This document shows, piece after piece, positions 37,016-47,737 of a DNA stretch of 64,000 nt (positions are counted from its first letter, which is position 1; every line of letters begins with the position of its first letter). A program made the translations under genes and the position numbers. The stretch covers positions 928,001-992,000 of the forward strand of contig JASGHG010000001.1 in the NCBI GenBank assembly GCA_047602425.1, in the 5' to 3' direction. The stretch is from Nibricoccus sp. (GTDB taxonomy: Bacteria > Verrucomicrobiota > Verrucomicrobiia > Opitutales > Opitutaceae). The notes beneath the pieces were generated by a model that was not told the DNA's origin, searched no databases, and saw nothing but the letters and a program-made list of their open reading frames with translations.

Positions 37016-38479
37016 AATAATAAATAATCCTCTTTATTAAATATTACAAAGCTTCCACGTGAGCCTCTTAAAGGCGGCGTCTGAGGCGAAAACCTCCGTG
37101 CAGTGCATCCGTCCAGAGAGAATTCGGAGCTTTTTGTGAATGTGATTCCTATTTATCATATTGGTTTTATGTTAGTTAAACATATTCAACTAAATCGCCG
37201 TTCCGCGGATTGATGCCGGGCGAATGAACCGCATTTACGGAACGGCAAATAATTTGAAGCAAACTATTTTGTGCGCCAAAAACGCAATTCAGGGAAAACA
37301 CTACATTTGATATAGTGTAATACAGATTTTTTTATATGGGTGTTACGCTGGATATATAGAAACTGGCAGGGGTATTTTCTGGCATCTAATATTGATCGAA
37401 TCGCTTGAAAAGTGCATAGCACAGCCCTACACATGCCATGATTTTGCATTAGTCTCGCTCCTCTTAATAACTACCAACTAGAACCAAGCTCCAAATCTTA
37501 CCGCAGTGTGGTCAGAACCTCGAAAAATTTGGCGCTATGGACTAGTGCTAGGTTTATGCCCCCAGGCAATCCAGTCAAAAACGCGTCCGATTTGTTAGTA
37601 TATTGTCAAAACGCTTTAAGTTCTTGACTGATCAATTTTGAATTGCAGGCGATTTGCATCACAACGCAATGGAGATAATTCATTATAAATAACCACTCTA
37701 TTGATCTAACGCCATATAATCGTTTCGTCATGAATATGAATGAGAAAAGCCGCCATTCTTCCTAGTTTAGGAAAAACTGGCACCGCTCTAAAAAACCCCA
37801 CAGTAGCGCCCTCTATTTATTGTAATTCAAATTGTTACGATAATCATTCAGCCCGTTTTAATTTTGTGCACATCAAATATGGGAGGCCGGAAAATTTACA
37901 ACCAATAAGCAGATGCAATTTTCCGTTAAATCAAAACTACGAAGATCTCGGAAATTTATAACCGGAAATCGATTCCACTTTTTTATGCCATAACCATTGG
38001 TTTTTAATTTTTTGCACACAACCAATGGTTTTGCACTTCGGTTTGCGGCAAAGGCGTCAAATTCAGCTCCGATTGTGATCGACCGCGAGCAGTCCAACCA
38101 AGAATCTCCGCCATTTTCTGGGTCAACAACCACATGGCATGCGCGAAAAAGACGGTACGGAATGGAATTAATTAGTTCAAATTATGCTTCGAAGAAGAAG
38201 CCGCGTTTCCCATACACTTCCATGCGTTTACTACAAATTGGTATTCGAGTATGATAAAGATTTATACAATTTCCATGTGCCCAATGGATTTTTTCGCACA
38301 ACAAAATGTCGGGTTTATCAAATCTTTGGCGCGCCGCATTCGGCTAGCAGGCGACGCTCGGCCTTTCAGCAGTCATTTCAGAGCGACGAGGTCTTACGGT
38401 CGAACGCCATATCGACAGTAAGAATCCCTAGACAGGCTGAGGACGGCTGCTCATTTTCGTCTGAAAGGGCTCAGTGGAG

Positions 38480-38507
38480 TCAATCGCAGGACGGAACGTG
38501 ACGATAA
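38480..38507 (+). promoter_or_regulatory. putative sigma28-like promoter
   Basis: TCAA-16 bp-GACGATAA versus consensus TAAA-N15-GCCGATAA; 8 bp before ATG. Confidence 0.4.
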
Positions 38508-38515
38508 TCGTACCT

Positions 38516-38725
38516 ATGAACATCTCCTCATCTGCCAATTTAAGCCAACTTAGCAGCGTCGAGCCGCAGGGAGCCTCCGCGCGTCAGGACTATGGAGTAG
38601 CCATCGCCGCGAAGATCAAGGATCAGATCCAACAGGAAGGTGCAGCCATTTTGAAGCTTACGGAGTCCGCCGTCACACCGGTTACCGACGAAACAAAGGG
38701 TAAGAATTTTTCCGCCTACGCCTGA
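38516..38725 (+). CDS. YjfB-like putative motility protein
   Basis: 69 aa; VAIAAKIKDQIQQEGAAILKL..KGKNFSAYA. Confidence 0.65.
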   Translation: MNISSSANLSQLSSVEPQGASARQDYGVAIAAKIKDQIQQEGAAILKLTESAVTPVTDETKGKNFSAYA

Positions 38726-38775
38726 ACGCCACCGCGGCTCACAGAGCGGTTTTTCCTTTTGATCCGCCTTTAAGT

Positions 38776-38863
38776 TGGTGCCCGGAGTCGGGGTCGAACC
38801 GACACGCCTTTAGGGGGCGCGGGATTTTGAGTCCCGTGCGTCTGCCAATTCCGCCATCCGGGC
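38776..38863 (-). tRNA. tRNA-Leu(CAA)
   Basis: GCCCGGA acceptor stem, TGGCGGAATTGGCAGAC D arm, CGGGA-CTCAAAA-TCCCG anticodon arm, long variable arm, GTTCGA, encoded CCA. Confidence 0.97.
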
Positions 38864-39335
38864 TAACGAATGAAGGAGCCGCAGACCTTAAAAACGTCCG
38901 CGCCGTTGTAAACGGAAAATTGCAGGATGTTTTCAGACTCCGCAATTGGACCGCAATTCATCCTGTACGGGCGCTCGTTCGAGACTCGGTTCGGCTCGGA
39001 TAAGTTGAAGGAGTTTGTCTTGAAGGCGAAGGAGGCGCTCTGCTTTTCAACTACTTTGATAAAGCGCCACGACGAATGCGGGCCATGTCAGCGCGGTGGG
39101 TTGAAAAAGCCCAACGCGATTCGTCCCGATTTTTCTTCGAAATTTTCTCGGTGATTTTGAACGCCCACAAGCCTTGGGCGTCTTACTCTGCGTTAGTTAC
39201 CCGTTCTTTTTAGTGTTTTCATCGTTTGTAGTTAAAAGTCGGCAAGGGCGCGGCGCCAAAAGCTCCGCGCCCTTACTGTTTTTGGACGCTTGCACCGCGG
39301 GATGGTTTGCCTCTTCACTCTTTGGCTTTCACGCC

Positions 39336-40094
39336 ATGCCTGACTTCCGCGCCTTTTGCTCCCTGAACGAACGTGAGCCCGCCCAAATTCGCCTCTCCGG
39401 CGACGAATCGCATCACCTCGTGGCCGTCAACCGCGCCCGGAAAGGCGACACCGTCGTGGCCTTTGACGGCAAAGGTGGCGAATGGATTTGCGAACTCGTC
39501 GACGAGTCGAAAAACGCCGCCGTCTTGAAGGTACGTTTCAATCAGAAGATCAAGCCACTTGCCTTCGAAATCACCCTTGGCCAAGCGCTCCCCAAAGGTC
39601 CGTGCATGGACGCCATCGTGCGCAAGGCCACCGAAATCGGCGCCGCACGCATCGTCCCGTTGGAAAGCGAGCGGACTCAGGTGCACCTCGACGACGATCG
39701 TCAGGACAAAAAGATTGAAAAGTGGCAGACGGCAGCGCTGGAGGTCGCCAAACAATGCGGCAACGCCTGGCTGCCCGAAATCGCCCCGGTGCAAAACGCG
39801 GCAGCTTTCATCGAGGGCAGTCGCGGCTATGATTTGAAGTTGATCGCGAGTCTCCAGCCCGGGGCGAAATCGCTCAAAGCAGTTCTGGCCGGATACAAAA
39901 CGGCCAACAATCGCGCACCCAAAAAAGTGCTCTGGCTGATCGGACCTGAAGGCGATTTTACGCCGGCGGAAATGAGCGCGGCCAAGAGCGCCGGCTTCGA
40001 GCCGATCACACTCGGGCCGCTCGTCCTGCGTTGCGAAACGGCCGCCGTTTACGCCCTCAGTGTGTTGAGCTACGAGCTTGGCAACCCGAGTTGA
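39336..40094 (+). CDS. rsmE: 16S rRNA m3U1498 methyltransferase
   Basis: HHLVAVNR, KATEIG, AKQCG, IGPEGDF, LGPLVLRCETA. Confidence 0.95.
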   Translation: MPDFRAFCSLNEREPAQIRLSGDESHHLVAVNRARKGDTVVAFDGKGGEWICELVDESKNAAVLKVRFNQKIKPLAFEITLGQALPKGPCMDAIVRKATEIGAARIVPLESERTQVHLDDDRQDKKIEKWQTAALEVAKQCGNAWLPEIAPVQNAAAFIEGSRGYDLKLIASLQPGAKSLKAVLAGYKTANNRAPKKVLWLIGPEGDFTPAEMSAAKSAGFEPITLGPLVLRCETAAVYALSVLSYELGNPS

Positions 40095-40402
40095 GCAAAG
40101 TGACATTCTAGAAGCAATCTTCAGCTTCTGCTACGGCTTCTCTGCGCGAGCAAGCCAGCCTTCGTAAAGCCGTTCGCTTAAGCGACCGATTTCACCTGCA
40201 ACGAAATATTGTCGTGCAACCGGTCGAGGACAGAGTCCTGTAGATGTACCAAAGGTTAGTATTGCCTTACGAAAGGTCAGCACTAACATGCCGCACGCTC
40301 TACCCTGTGGTCACGATATCGGCACAAGATTGCCGTAATTAGTACCGGCGATTTAACTGATAAAACCCCGCGGGAAAATCATCAACCTTCACGAATTAAC
40401 AA

Positions 40403-40738
40403 ATGTATCTTGCCATTGCCTTCTCCCTAGCGCTTATCGCTTTATTAATCGTTGCAAACTGGAAGGTCTACACCAAAGCCGGCCAGCCCGGTTGGGGCTC
40501 TTTGATCCCTATCTACAACATCTATCTTCTTCTTAAAATGGCTGGAAAGCCAGGGTGGTGGCTGCTTCTCTTCCTCATTCCTCCGGTTGGGTTCATTATA
40601 ACAATTATAGTCTTGCACTCGATTGCTAAGTGTTTTGGCAAAGATATAGTATTCACTCTTTTGCTCCTCTTCATCCCCATTATAGCAATTCCTATTCTCG
40701 GGTTTGGCGATGCAGAGTACGCAAGCCCTCTAGAATGA
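40403..40738 (+). CDS. small membrane protein (DUF5684-like)
   Basis: WKVYTKAGQPGWGSLIPIYN..GKPGWW..FGK..GFGDAEY; low GC. Confidence 0.8.
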   Translation: MYLAIAFSLALIALLIVANWKVYTKAGQPGWGSLIPIYNIYLLLKMAGKPGWWLLLFLIPPVGFIITIIVLHSIAKCFGKDIVFTLLLLFIPIIAIPILGFGDAEYASPLE

Positions 40739-40791
40739 TTCGTGAAGCCAGCTACTACCAGCTGGCTTGAGTTCAAAACTCACGACCACGC

Positions 40792-40825
40792 AAGATTCGC
40801 GGTGTGATTTCCAGCCGCGAATCTT
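40792..40825. terminator. hairpin between convergent genes (probable terminator)
   Basis: AAGATTCGCGG-12 nt-CCGCGAATCTT perfect 11-bp stem. Confidence 0.6.
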
Positions 40826-40856
40826 TATAGTGATTGATTAGTAGTTTGGCGGTTCC

Positions 40857-42464
40857 TCACCACACCAACAGCCCGCTGGCAAAGGTGAGCCCGGCGCCGA
40901 CGCTGCAGAAAATGATTTTGTCACCCTGCGCGAAAATTCCTTCCTCGGCGGCCCAACCAAGGGCCATCGACACACTGGCAGCGGAGGTGTTGCCGTACTT
41001 GCCGATCGTGACGACGAACCGCTCGTAGGGGATGCCCACGCGTTTGCTGACGGCGCGCAGAATGCGCTCGTTGGCCTGATGCGGAACGATCCAGGCAATG
41101 TCGGCCGGATGGAGATTGTGACGCGCAAGCGTGGCTTCGATCTGATCGGCAAAAGCAATGACAGCGTGCTTGAATACCGCCGAACCATTCATTTGCAGGT
41201 AAAAGTCGTCGCGATCGTGACCTTCGGGATGCGGAAGCGGACGGGCGGCGCCACCGCCGCGACGTTGGATCGCCTCGAATTGATCGGCATCGCCAGCGAG
41301 CTTCATGCGGCCAAGTCGGTGTCCACCCGCGCAATCCGTAAGCACCGCGGCGCCGGCGCCATCGCCAAAGAGAAAGGCGGTGGCGTGGTCCTTTGGATTG
41401 GTTATGCGGGAAAGGAGTTCGGCCGTGACAACGATGAGTTTTTTCGCCGTGCCGGAGCGGATGAAGGAACGGCCGACTTCGAGCGCGTAGAGCCAGCCGG
41501 CGCAGGCAGCGTTGAGGTCGAAGGCAAGCGCGTGGGGAACGCCGAGCTGTTTCGCCAAAGCGCTGGCCATGGAGGGCACGGGCTGGTCGGGAATGAGCGT
41601 GGCCATGATAACGCCGTCGATTTCCTTCACGTCGACCTTAGCTTGGGCGAGGGCGTGCTGCACGGCGGTGACGGCGAGGCTGGTGGCGCTTTCGCCTTCG
41701 GCGGCATAGCGGCGCTCGCGGATGCCGGTGAGTTTGATCACCTCGGCCTCGGTCATGTCGGGAAACTCTTTCAAAATTTCGCCGTTTGAACGAATGCCCG
41801 AGGGAAATGCGTAACCAATGCCTGCGATACAAACCGTCTCGGCCGAGTGCGGGTTGAAACCAGCAGTGGATGCGTTGGCGGAGGGCGCGGCCGCCGGCGC
41901 AGTCACCCTGGCGCGTTTTTGGAGGTAGCGATCAACGTCGTCGCCCGAAACGCGGCCGCCGGGGCCGGTGGCTTCAATGTCGGTAATCGTCGCGGGATTG
42001 AGGCCGGCTTCGGTTGCAAGTTTGCTAGCCCTGGGCGTCCAGAGAATACCGGCCGCGGGCGCTGGCGCGGCGGGTCGCACGTGAACAGTCGCGGGAGCAA
42101 TAGGCGTGGCGACGGCGGCGGGAACGGAAGCCAAAATTTCGGCGGGCGCCGGTTTGGTTCCAGGGGCGTGAACAACGCCGCTGACAGTCTTGGCCTTAAG
42201 GTGGAGCAACGACTGATCGGCAGTCTCGATTTTAAAAAAGGGCGCGCCCGAAGGCAGAATGTCGCCGGCACGACCCACGATTTCTTTGACGGTGCCGTCG
42301 CAGGGAGATTCGAATTCGAAAACCGATTTGTCGCTTTCCAGTTCGGCCAGTTTTTGGCCTTTGGCAATGGGTGCGCCGGGGGCCACAACGATGTCGATCA
42401 CCGTTAGCTCATTTACAGTCGCGCCCATTGAGGGCACGGGTACGTCGATCAGAAAGGAGTCCAT
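40857..42464 (-). CDS. fusion of lipoyl domain, E1/E3-binding (PSBD) domain and 3-oxoacyl-ACP synthase III (FabH)
   Basis: ELESDKSVFEFESP; TPRASKLA..ATGPGGRVSGDDV; LTGIRERR, NAACAG, LFGDGAGA, PHQAN, YGNTSAAS. Confidence 0.9.
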   Translation of the reverse strand: MDSFLIDVPVPSMGATVNELTVIDIVVAPGAPIAKGQKLAELESDKSVFEFESPCDGTVKEIVGRAGDILPSGAPFFKIETADQSLLHLKAKTVSGVVHAPGTKPAPAEILASVPAAVATPIAPATVHVRPAAPAPAAGILWTPRASKLATEAGLNPATITDIEATGPGGRVSGDDVDRYLQKRARVTAPAAAPSANASTAGFNPHSAETVCIAGIGYAFPSGIRSNGEILKEFPDMTEAEVIKLTGIRERRYAAEGESATSLAVTAVQHALAQAKVDVKEIDGVIMATLIPDQPVPSMASALAKQLGVPHALAFDLNAACAGWLYALEVGRSFIRSGTAKKLIVVTAELLSRITNPKDHATAFLFGDGAGAAVLTDCAGGHRLGRMKLAGDADQFEAIQRRGGGAARPLPHPEGHDRDDFYLQMNGSAVFKHAVIAFADQIEATLARHNLHPADIAWIVPHQANERILRAVSKRVGIPYERFVVTIGKYGNTSAASVSMALGWAAEEGIFAQGDKIIFCSVGAGLTFASGLLVW

Positions 42465-42598
42465 CAGTTATTGAAGTGGAGAAGGTAGGAGGTGGGCGGC
42501 AGGCGGGTCAATAATGCATCTTAGGCCCGGATTTCGTAAAAATCGTACGCGAGTGCAAGTCCATGAACTGTATAAAAAATTGAACGCGGTCCGGCGGT

Positions 42599-43393
42599 TC
42601 AACTGCGGGCGGCACGCCAAATGGCGAGACATTTGTCGAGCAAGGCGGGAAGTTCGCCGAGCGGAATCATGTTGGGGCCATCGCTGATTGCTTCGGCTGG
42701 ATTCGGATGCGTCTCAATAAAAAGCCCGTCGGCACCGGCGGCGAGCGCGGCCTTGGCGAGCGGAGGGACAAATTCGCGCTGTCCCCCACTCTTGCCACCC
42801 GCCGCGCCGGGCAATTGCACGCTATGAGTGGCGTCGAAGATGGCGGGAAAACCGTTCGCCTTCATGATGGCGAACGAGCGCATGTCGACGACGAGGTTTT
42901 GATAACCAAAAGTCGTGCCACGCTCGGTTTGCCAGATCTCGACGGCTTTGCCTTCGCGGAGTTTGTTGGTCACAAAAACCATTTCCTGAGGAGAAAGGAA
43001 TTGTCCCTTTTTCACGTTGACGATGCGACCGCTCGCAGCGGCGGCGAGGAGCAGATCGGTCTGGCGGCAGAGAAACGCGGGGATCTGCAACACGTCGCAT
43101 ACTGCGGCGACCGGCGCGACTTGCGCGGTGTCGTGGATGTCGGTCAGCACCGGGAAACCGTAGTCGCGTTTGATCAGTGCGAGGAGTTTCAACCCTTCGT
43201 CGAGACCCGTGCCGCGCGGACCGGAGGCGGACGTACGGTTGGCTTTGTCGAACGAGCCTTTGAAGATAATCTTCAGTTGGGGCTGCGCTTTTTGGACGGT
43301 GGCGAGTGTCTCGGCCACGGCGCGACAGACCTTCTCGTTTTCGAGCGAACAAGGACCAGCGATCAGCAGAAGTTTAGCAGGATCGAAAAACAT
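42599..43393 (-). CDS. kdsA: KDO-8-phosphate synthase
   Basis: [39 protein letters not shown]. Confidence 0.96.
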   Translation of the reverse strand: MFFDPAKLLLIAGPCSLENEKVCRAVAETLATVQKAQPQLKIIFKGSFDKANRTSASGPRGTGLDEGLKLLALIKRDYGFPVLTDIHDTAQVAPVAAVCDVLQIPAFLCRQTDLLLAAAASGRIVNVKKGQFLSPQEMVFVTNKLREGKAVEIWQTERGTTFGYQNLVVDMRSFAIMKANGFPAIFDATHSVQLPGAAGGKSGGQREFVPPLAKAALAAGADGLFIETHPNPAEAISDGPNMIPLGELPALLDKCLAIWRAARS

Positions 43394-43465
43394 GCCCACG
43401 AACCTATCGCGGAAACGTAGAGGAACGGAAGCGCGGAATTTTACGGTGACTGAAGCAGTTTGAAT

Positions 43466-44089
43466 CTACCTATCGAAGCCCAACCCGACAGGATTGCCGG
43501 CTTCCAAAGAACTGTGCCACATACGACTTTTATCATTCATTCCAGAGTATGCAATGAAACCACTTTCGGGCTCAGGCGGATCATAAAATGTAATCGAAAA
43601 AAGGGTTAGTCCCCGTATTTCTTCGGCGAACTCAGCCATACGGGGTTGGGCTTTTATTTCCTCTTCTTTGAATGCTGCAAGACGACGCAAGAACTGATCT
43701 GCATCTTGAACGAGCGAGCGGGCACGCTGGAGCAGAATCGGATTAGGCAACCCCTCACTATAGACTGTGATTCCGACTTCTGTGGATCCAAAGAATGCCC
43801 TCCCGTTCCATTCGTCCCCCTCATGCACCAGTTCGCCAAGCACTGAATCTTCGATCGATGGGGGGATTCGGGTAATGCCCTGCTTTTCTTGACGCCGGAT
43901 TTCCCGGATAACTGCCCAGCTAGCCAAAGCAAAGGGAGTGGCAACTACGAGAATGCTCGCCACGTATAAAGGCCAGTGCACATCAGGAAAAAGAAAGGCT
44001 GGTGACGTCAAAATCATCACCCCCAGGTCCACCACAATCCCCACGACGAACCAACTGACACCCTCCCAAATAATCTTACCTTTTCTCAT
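43466..44089 (-). CDS. hypothetical membrane protein (two N-terminal TMs)
   Basis: 207-aa ORF between pyrG and kdsA, lower GC than both. Confidence 0.7.
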   Translation of the reverse strand: MRKGKIIWEGVSWFVVGIVVDLGVMILTSPAFLFPDVHWPLYVASILVVATPFALASWAVIREIRRQEKQGITRIPPSIEDSVLGELVHEGDEWNGRAFFGSTEVGITVYSEGLPNPILLQRARSLVQDADQFLRRLAAFKEEEIKAQPRMAEFAEEIRGLTLFSITFYDPPEPESGFIAYSGMNDKSRMWHSSLEAGNPVGLGFDR

Positions 44090-44167
44090 GACTTTGTTGG
44101 GAGGTCAAAACGAGCTAGGTGAATTTTCAGGGGATTGTTTCACACCCCCAGGGTATTGCGCCCTACC

Positions 44168-45814
44168 CTACTTCTTCTTCGCAGGCTTCGCTGGTTTCTT
44201 CGCCTTAGCAGTCGCGGCTCCGCCTTTTTTGTTTTTCACGGCGGCGCCGACGAAGGCGGCGAAGAGGGGGTGCGGTTGGTTCGGCTTTGATTGGAATTCC
44301 GGGTGGAATTGCACCGCGAGGAACCACGGGTGATTCTTGAGTTCGACGATTTCCACGAGGTTGCGGCGCGGGTTGATGCCGCTGACCACCATGCCGCCTT
44401 TTTGCAGTTGGGCGACGTAGGCATTGTTCACCTCGAAACGGTGGCGGTGGCGCTCGCGGATGCTTTCCTTGCCATAGGCCTTCGCAGCATGTGTGCCGGC
44501 GGTCAGCGCACATTCGTAGCTGCCGAGGCGCATAGTGGCACCTTTGTCGATGATCGCCTTCTGTTCTTCCATCATGTTGATGACGGGGTGCGCGGTCTTC
44601 GGATCAAACTCGGTGCTGTTGGCGCCTTCGAGTCCGAGGACGTTGCGGGCAAATTCGATGACCGCGATTTGCAGGCCGAGGCAGAGGCCGTAGTAAGGAA
44701 TTTTGTTTTCGCGGGCGTATTTGGCGGCGGCGATTTTTCCCTCTGTGCCGCGGTCGCCGAAACCGCCGGGAACGAGGATGCCGTCGAGGTTTTTCAGGAT
44801 TGCGAGGCCGTTTTTCTTTTCGAGGTCCTCGGCATCGATGCGGATGATTTCGACGGCGGCGTTGTTCGCGATGCCGGCGTGCGTGACGGATTCGTAGACG
44901 GATTTGTAGGCGTCTTGTAGTTCGATATATTTTCCGACGACGCCGATGCGAATCTGGTGGGCCGGGTTCTTGATGCGGCCAACGATATCTTTCCAAATGT
45001 TTTTCTCGGGGGCCGGGGCCTTGAGCGAAAAGAGGTCAACCACGAGGTCGTCCATGCCCTCTTTTTGCAGCGCGAGCGGAAGTTCGTAGATCGATTCGAC
45101 GTCGCGGCACTCGATGACGGCTTTCACCGGGACGTTGCAGAACATCGAGAGTTTGTCGCGCAAGCTGGCGTCGAGCGGGTGATCGCAACGGCAGACGAGG
45201 ATGTGCGGTTGGATGCCGATCTCGCGGAGTTTCGCCACGGATTGCTGCGTGGGCTTGGTCTTGAGTTCGCCAGCAGCAGCGAGGAACGGCACGAGTGTGA
45301 CGTGGATGAAGAGCACGTCGCGCGGGCCGACTTCGAGCGCGAACTGACGCATCGCTTCGAGGAAGGGCAGGCCTTCGATGTCACCCGTGGTACCGCCGAT
45401 TTCAGTGATGAGCACGTCGACGTCTTTTGCGGCTTGGTAAATGCGCTCCTTTATTTCGTTGGTGACGTGCGGGATCACCTGCACGGTTTTGCCAAGGAAG
45501 GCGCCACGACGTTCTTTTTGAATCACGCTCTCGTAGACTTGGCCGGAGGTGAGGTTGTTGAGACGCGAAAGTTTTCCGCTCGTGAAACGCTCGTAATGGC
45601 CAAGATCGAGGTCGGTTTCGGCGCCGTCTTCGAGCACGTACACTTCACCGTGTTGGAACGGGCTCATCGTGCCCGGATCGACGTTCAGGTAGGGGTCGAA
45701 TTTCTGAATGCGCACCATGAGGCCGCGCATTTCGAGCAGGGCGCCGAGCGCCGCAGCCGTGAGGCCTTTGCCGAGGGAGGAAACGACACCACCTGTGACG
45801 AAGATGTACTTCAT
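44168..45814 (-). CDS. pyrG: CTP synthase
   Basis: [40 protein letters not shown]. Confidence 0.98.
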   Translation of the reverse strand: MKYIFVTGGVVSSLGKGLTAAALGALLEMRGLMVRIQKFDPYLNVDPGTMSPFQHGEVYVLEDGAETDLDLGHYERFTSGKLSRLNNLTSGQVYESVIQKERRGAFLGKTVQVIPHVTNEIKERIYQAAKDVDVLITEIGGTTGDIEGLPFLEAMRQFALEVGPRDVLFIHVTLVPFLAAAGELKTKPTQQSVAKLREIGIQPHILVCRCDHPLDASLRDKLSMFCNVPVKAVIECRDVESIYELPLALQKEGMDDLVVDLFSLKAPAPEKNIWKDIVGRIKNPAHQIRIGVVGKYIELQDAYKSVYESVTHAGIANNAAVEIIRIDAEDLEKKNGLAILKNLDGILVPGGFGDRGTEGKIAAAKYARENKIPYYGLCLGLQIAVIEFARNVLGLEGANSTEFDPKTAHPVINMMEEQKAIIDKGATMRLGSYECALTAGTHAAKAYGKESIRERHRHRFEVNNAYVAQLQKGGMVVSGINPRRNLVEIVELKNHPWFLAVQFHPEFQSKPNQPHPLFAAFVGAAVKNKKGGAATAKAKKPAKPAKKK

Positions 45815-46024
45815 CGGAAAGGGATATGGAGTGTGCCAAAACGGTGACAAGAAAAAGGTGGCGGCCACGCACAACTTCCTGAGGCACTTAGCCCACGCCG
45901 ATCGAGAAAGGGTCGGAACTTCCCTGTGAAATGATGTCGGAAAGCCCGAATAAGAAAACCTGGGTACGCACAACAAGCTTCCCTACTATCGAACACACGG
46001 GCAGTATCCCCCAGCTTTCCCGCC

Positions 46025-46192
46025 ATGGTTAAACTCAGCATTCTGGTCACCTCAACTGTGCTCGGCTATGGTTTCTGGTGGGTTGCTGACGCGCTCGGCG
46101 CCGATGTGTTTGTAGGATTCCTGGTTAGCAGCGTCGGTGCCCTTGTCGGCTGTTGGCTTGGTTGGAAAATTTATCAACGGTTCCTGAACTGA
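46025..46192 (+). CDS. 55-aa two-TM small protein (below the ORF-track cutoff)
   Basis: MVKLSILVTSTVLGYGFWWVADALGADVFVGFLVSSVGALVGCWLGWKIYQRFLN*. Confidence 0.7.
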   Translation: MVKLSILVTSTVLGYGFWWVADALGADVFVGFLVSSVGALVGCWLGWKIYQRFLN

Positions 46193-46409
46193 AAGGCCAA
46201 AGACTATGCTTTGGTCACAATCGGCCCGACCACCTCAATGCGTTCGACAACGAACTAGTGACCAGAACCTAGCATTGCCACCGTTTTCCCTTTGCCGGAA
46301 AAAATCAACGATGTGCCTGGCGCGGCATTTGACCAAAAAACCATAGTGGCCGATGTAGGTCATGCTCTCGTCTCCCCACGGATAGTCGTCGAAACATAAT
46401 CCACTCCTT

Positions 46410-47720
46410 ATGCCCTCCCTGCCTCGTTTCTACCTGCTGAGTTTCGGTACGTTCTTGGTTTCACTCGTCGCCTTTTCGAATCTCGCTGCGGCCACCATCA
46501 ATCCAGCCCGCCCAAAGATTCCCGAGAAAACGTTCGATGTCACGGCCTATGGTTCTGTGGCGGACGGCAAAACCGATAATACTTCCGCAATTCAAGCCGC
46601 GCTCGACGCCGCCCAAGCCGCAGGGGGCGGCATCGTCACGATTCCGGCTGGCGAGCACCTCAGCGGGCCGCTGCGCCTTTCGAACAACGTCAATCTTCAC
46701 CTCGCTGAAGGCGCCCTGCTGCGCATGCTGCCCCTCGATCGCTATCCTGGCGGTTCAAAATCTCCCGAGAATTTCATTTCGGGTTCCAAACTCCACGATG
46801 TCGCCATCACCGGCAAAGGCACCATCGATGGCCAAGGCGCACCGTGGTGGCCGCACTATAAAGAAAAGGGCTTCAACCGTCCGCGCATGATCGCCCTGAG
46901 CGGTTGCGAACGCGTTCTCATCGAAGGCGTCACGCTCAAGAATTCTCCCATGTTCCACATTGCGATCGGCGGCGGTTCGATCGACGTGATCGTGAAGGGC
47001 GTCACGATTCGCGCCCCTTCTTCCCGCGACCCGGAAACGCCCAGCCACAATACCGATGCCTGCAATGTCAGCGGGCATAATGTCCTGATCCAAGACTGCG
47101 ACGTCAGCGTGGGCGACGACAATTTCACGTGCGGCGGCGGTACTTACGATGTCCTTATCACTCATTGTACCTATGGTTATGGCCATGGCGTTTCGGTCGG
47201 CAGCCCGACCAAAGGCGGCGTCTCCAACATCACCGTCACCCACTGCACTTTCACCAACACGGAGTGCGGCATTCGCCTCAAAACCGACCGCGATCGCGGC
47301 GGCCACCTCCACAATCTCGTCTACTCGGATTTGCAGATGACCAATGTCGATTTCCCGATCCTCATCTACGGCGCCTACATGGCCCCGGATCGCCAATACC
47401 GCGATCTCACGAACCTTTCGCCAGAGATAGCCAAAACTTACCCGGCCGCTCCCGTCGACAAGCTCACCCCGCTTTTCAGCGACCTCGTTTTCGAAAACAT
47501 CACCGCTACCGTCGCCCCAGGCCGGCGCGCCGGCCTGATCTGGGGCCTGCCGGAGTCCAAGGCCAAAAACATTCTTCTGCGTAACGTGAAAATTGCCGCA
47601 GACAAACCGTTTGGCATCTACAGCGCTCAAAATGTTCGCTTGGAAAATTGCGAAATAAGAACTCCAGATGGCCTAAACAAAATCGCCACTGCCGACGCCG
47701 AGATTTCGATCAAGCCGTGA
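46410..47720 (+). CDS. glycoside hydrolase family 28 (polygalacturonase-like), exported
   Basis: Signal peptide; NTD, GDD, GHG, RLK motifs. Confidence 0.92.
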   Translation: MPSLPRFYLLSFGTFLVSLVAFSNLAAATINPARPKIPEKTFDVTAYGSVADGKTDNTSAIQAALDAAQAAGGGIVTIPAGEHLSGPLRLSNNVNLHLAEGALLRMLPLDRYPGGSKSPENFISGSKLHDVAITGKGTIDGQGAPWWPHYKEKGFNRPRMIALSGCERVLIEGVTLKNSPMFHIAIGGGSIDVIVKGVTIRAPSSRDPETPSHNTDACNVSGHNVLIQDCDVSVGDDNFTCGGGTYDVLITHCTYGYGHGVSVGSPTKGGVSNITVTHCTFTNTECGIRLKTDRDRGGHLHNLVYSDLQMTNVDFPILIYGAYMAPDRQYRDLTNLSPEIAKTYPAAPVDKLTPLFSDLVFENITATVAPGRRAGLIWGLPESKAKNILLRNVKIAADKPFGIYSAQNVRLENCEIRTPDGLNKIATADAEISIKP

Positions 47721-47737
47721 AGTAAAGGCGACGTCGT

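Noticed and set aside
37418..37445. sigma54 promoter for tssA (bottom strand TGGCATGTGTAGGGC)
   Set aside because: GG-N10-GC spacing fits, but the -12 TTGC is absent and no activator gene is in the locus
37740..38501. Short ORFs in the AT-rich leader
   Set aside because: Overlapping on both strands, no motifs, atypical composition
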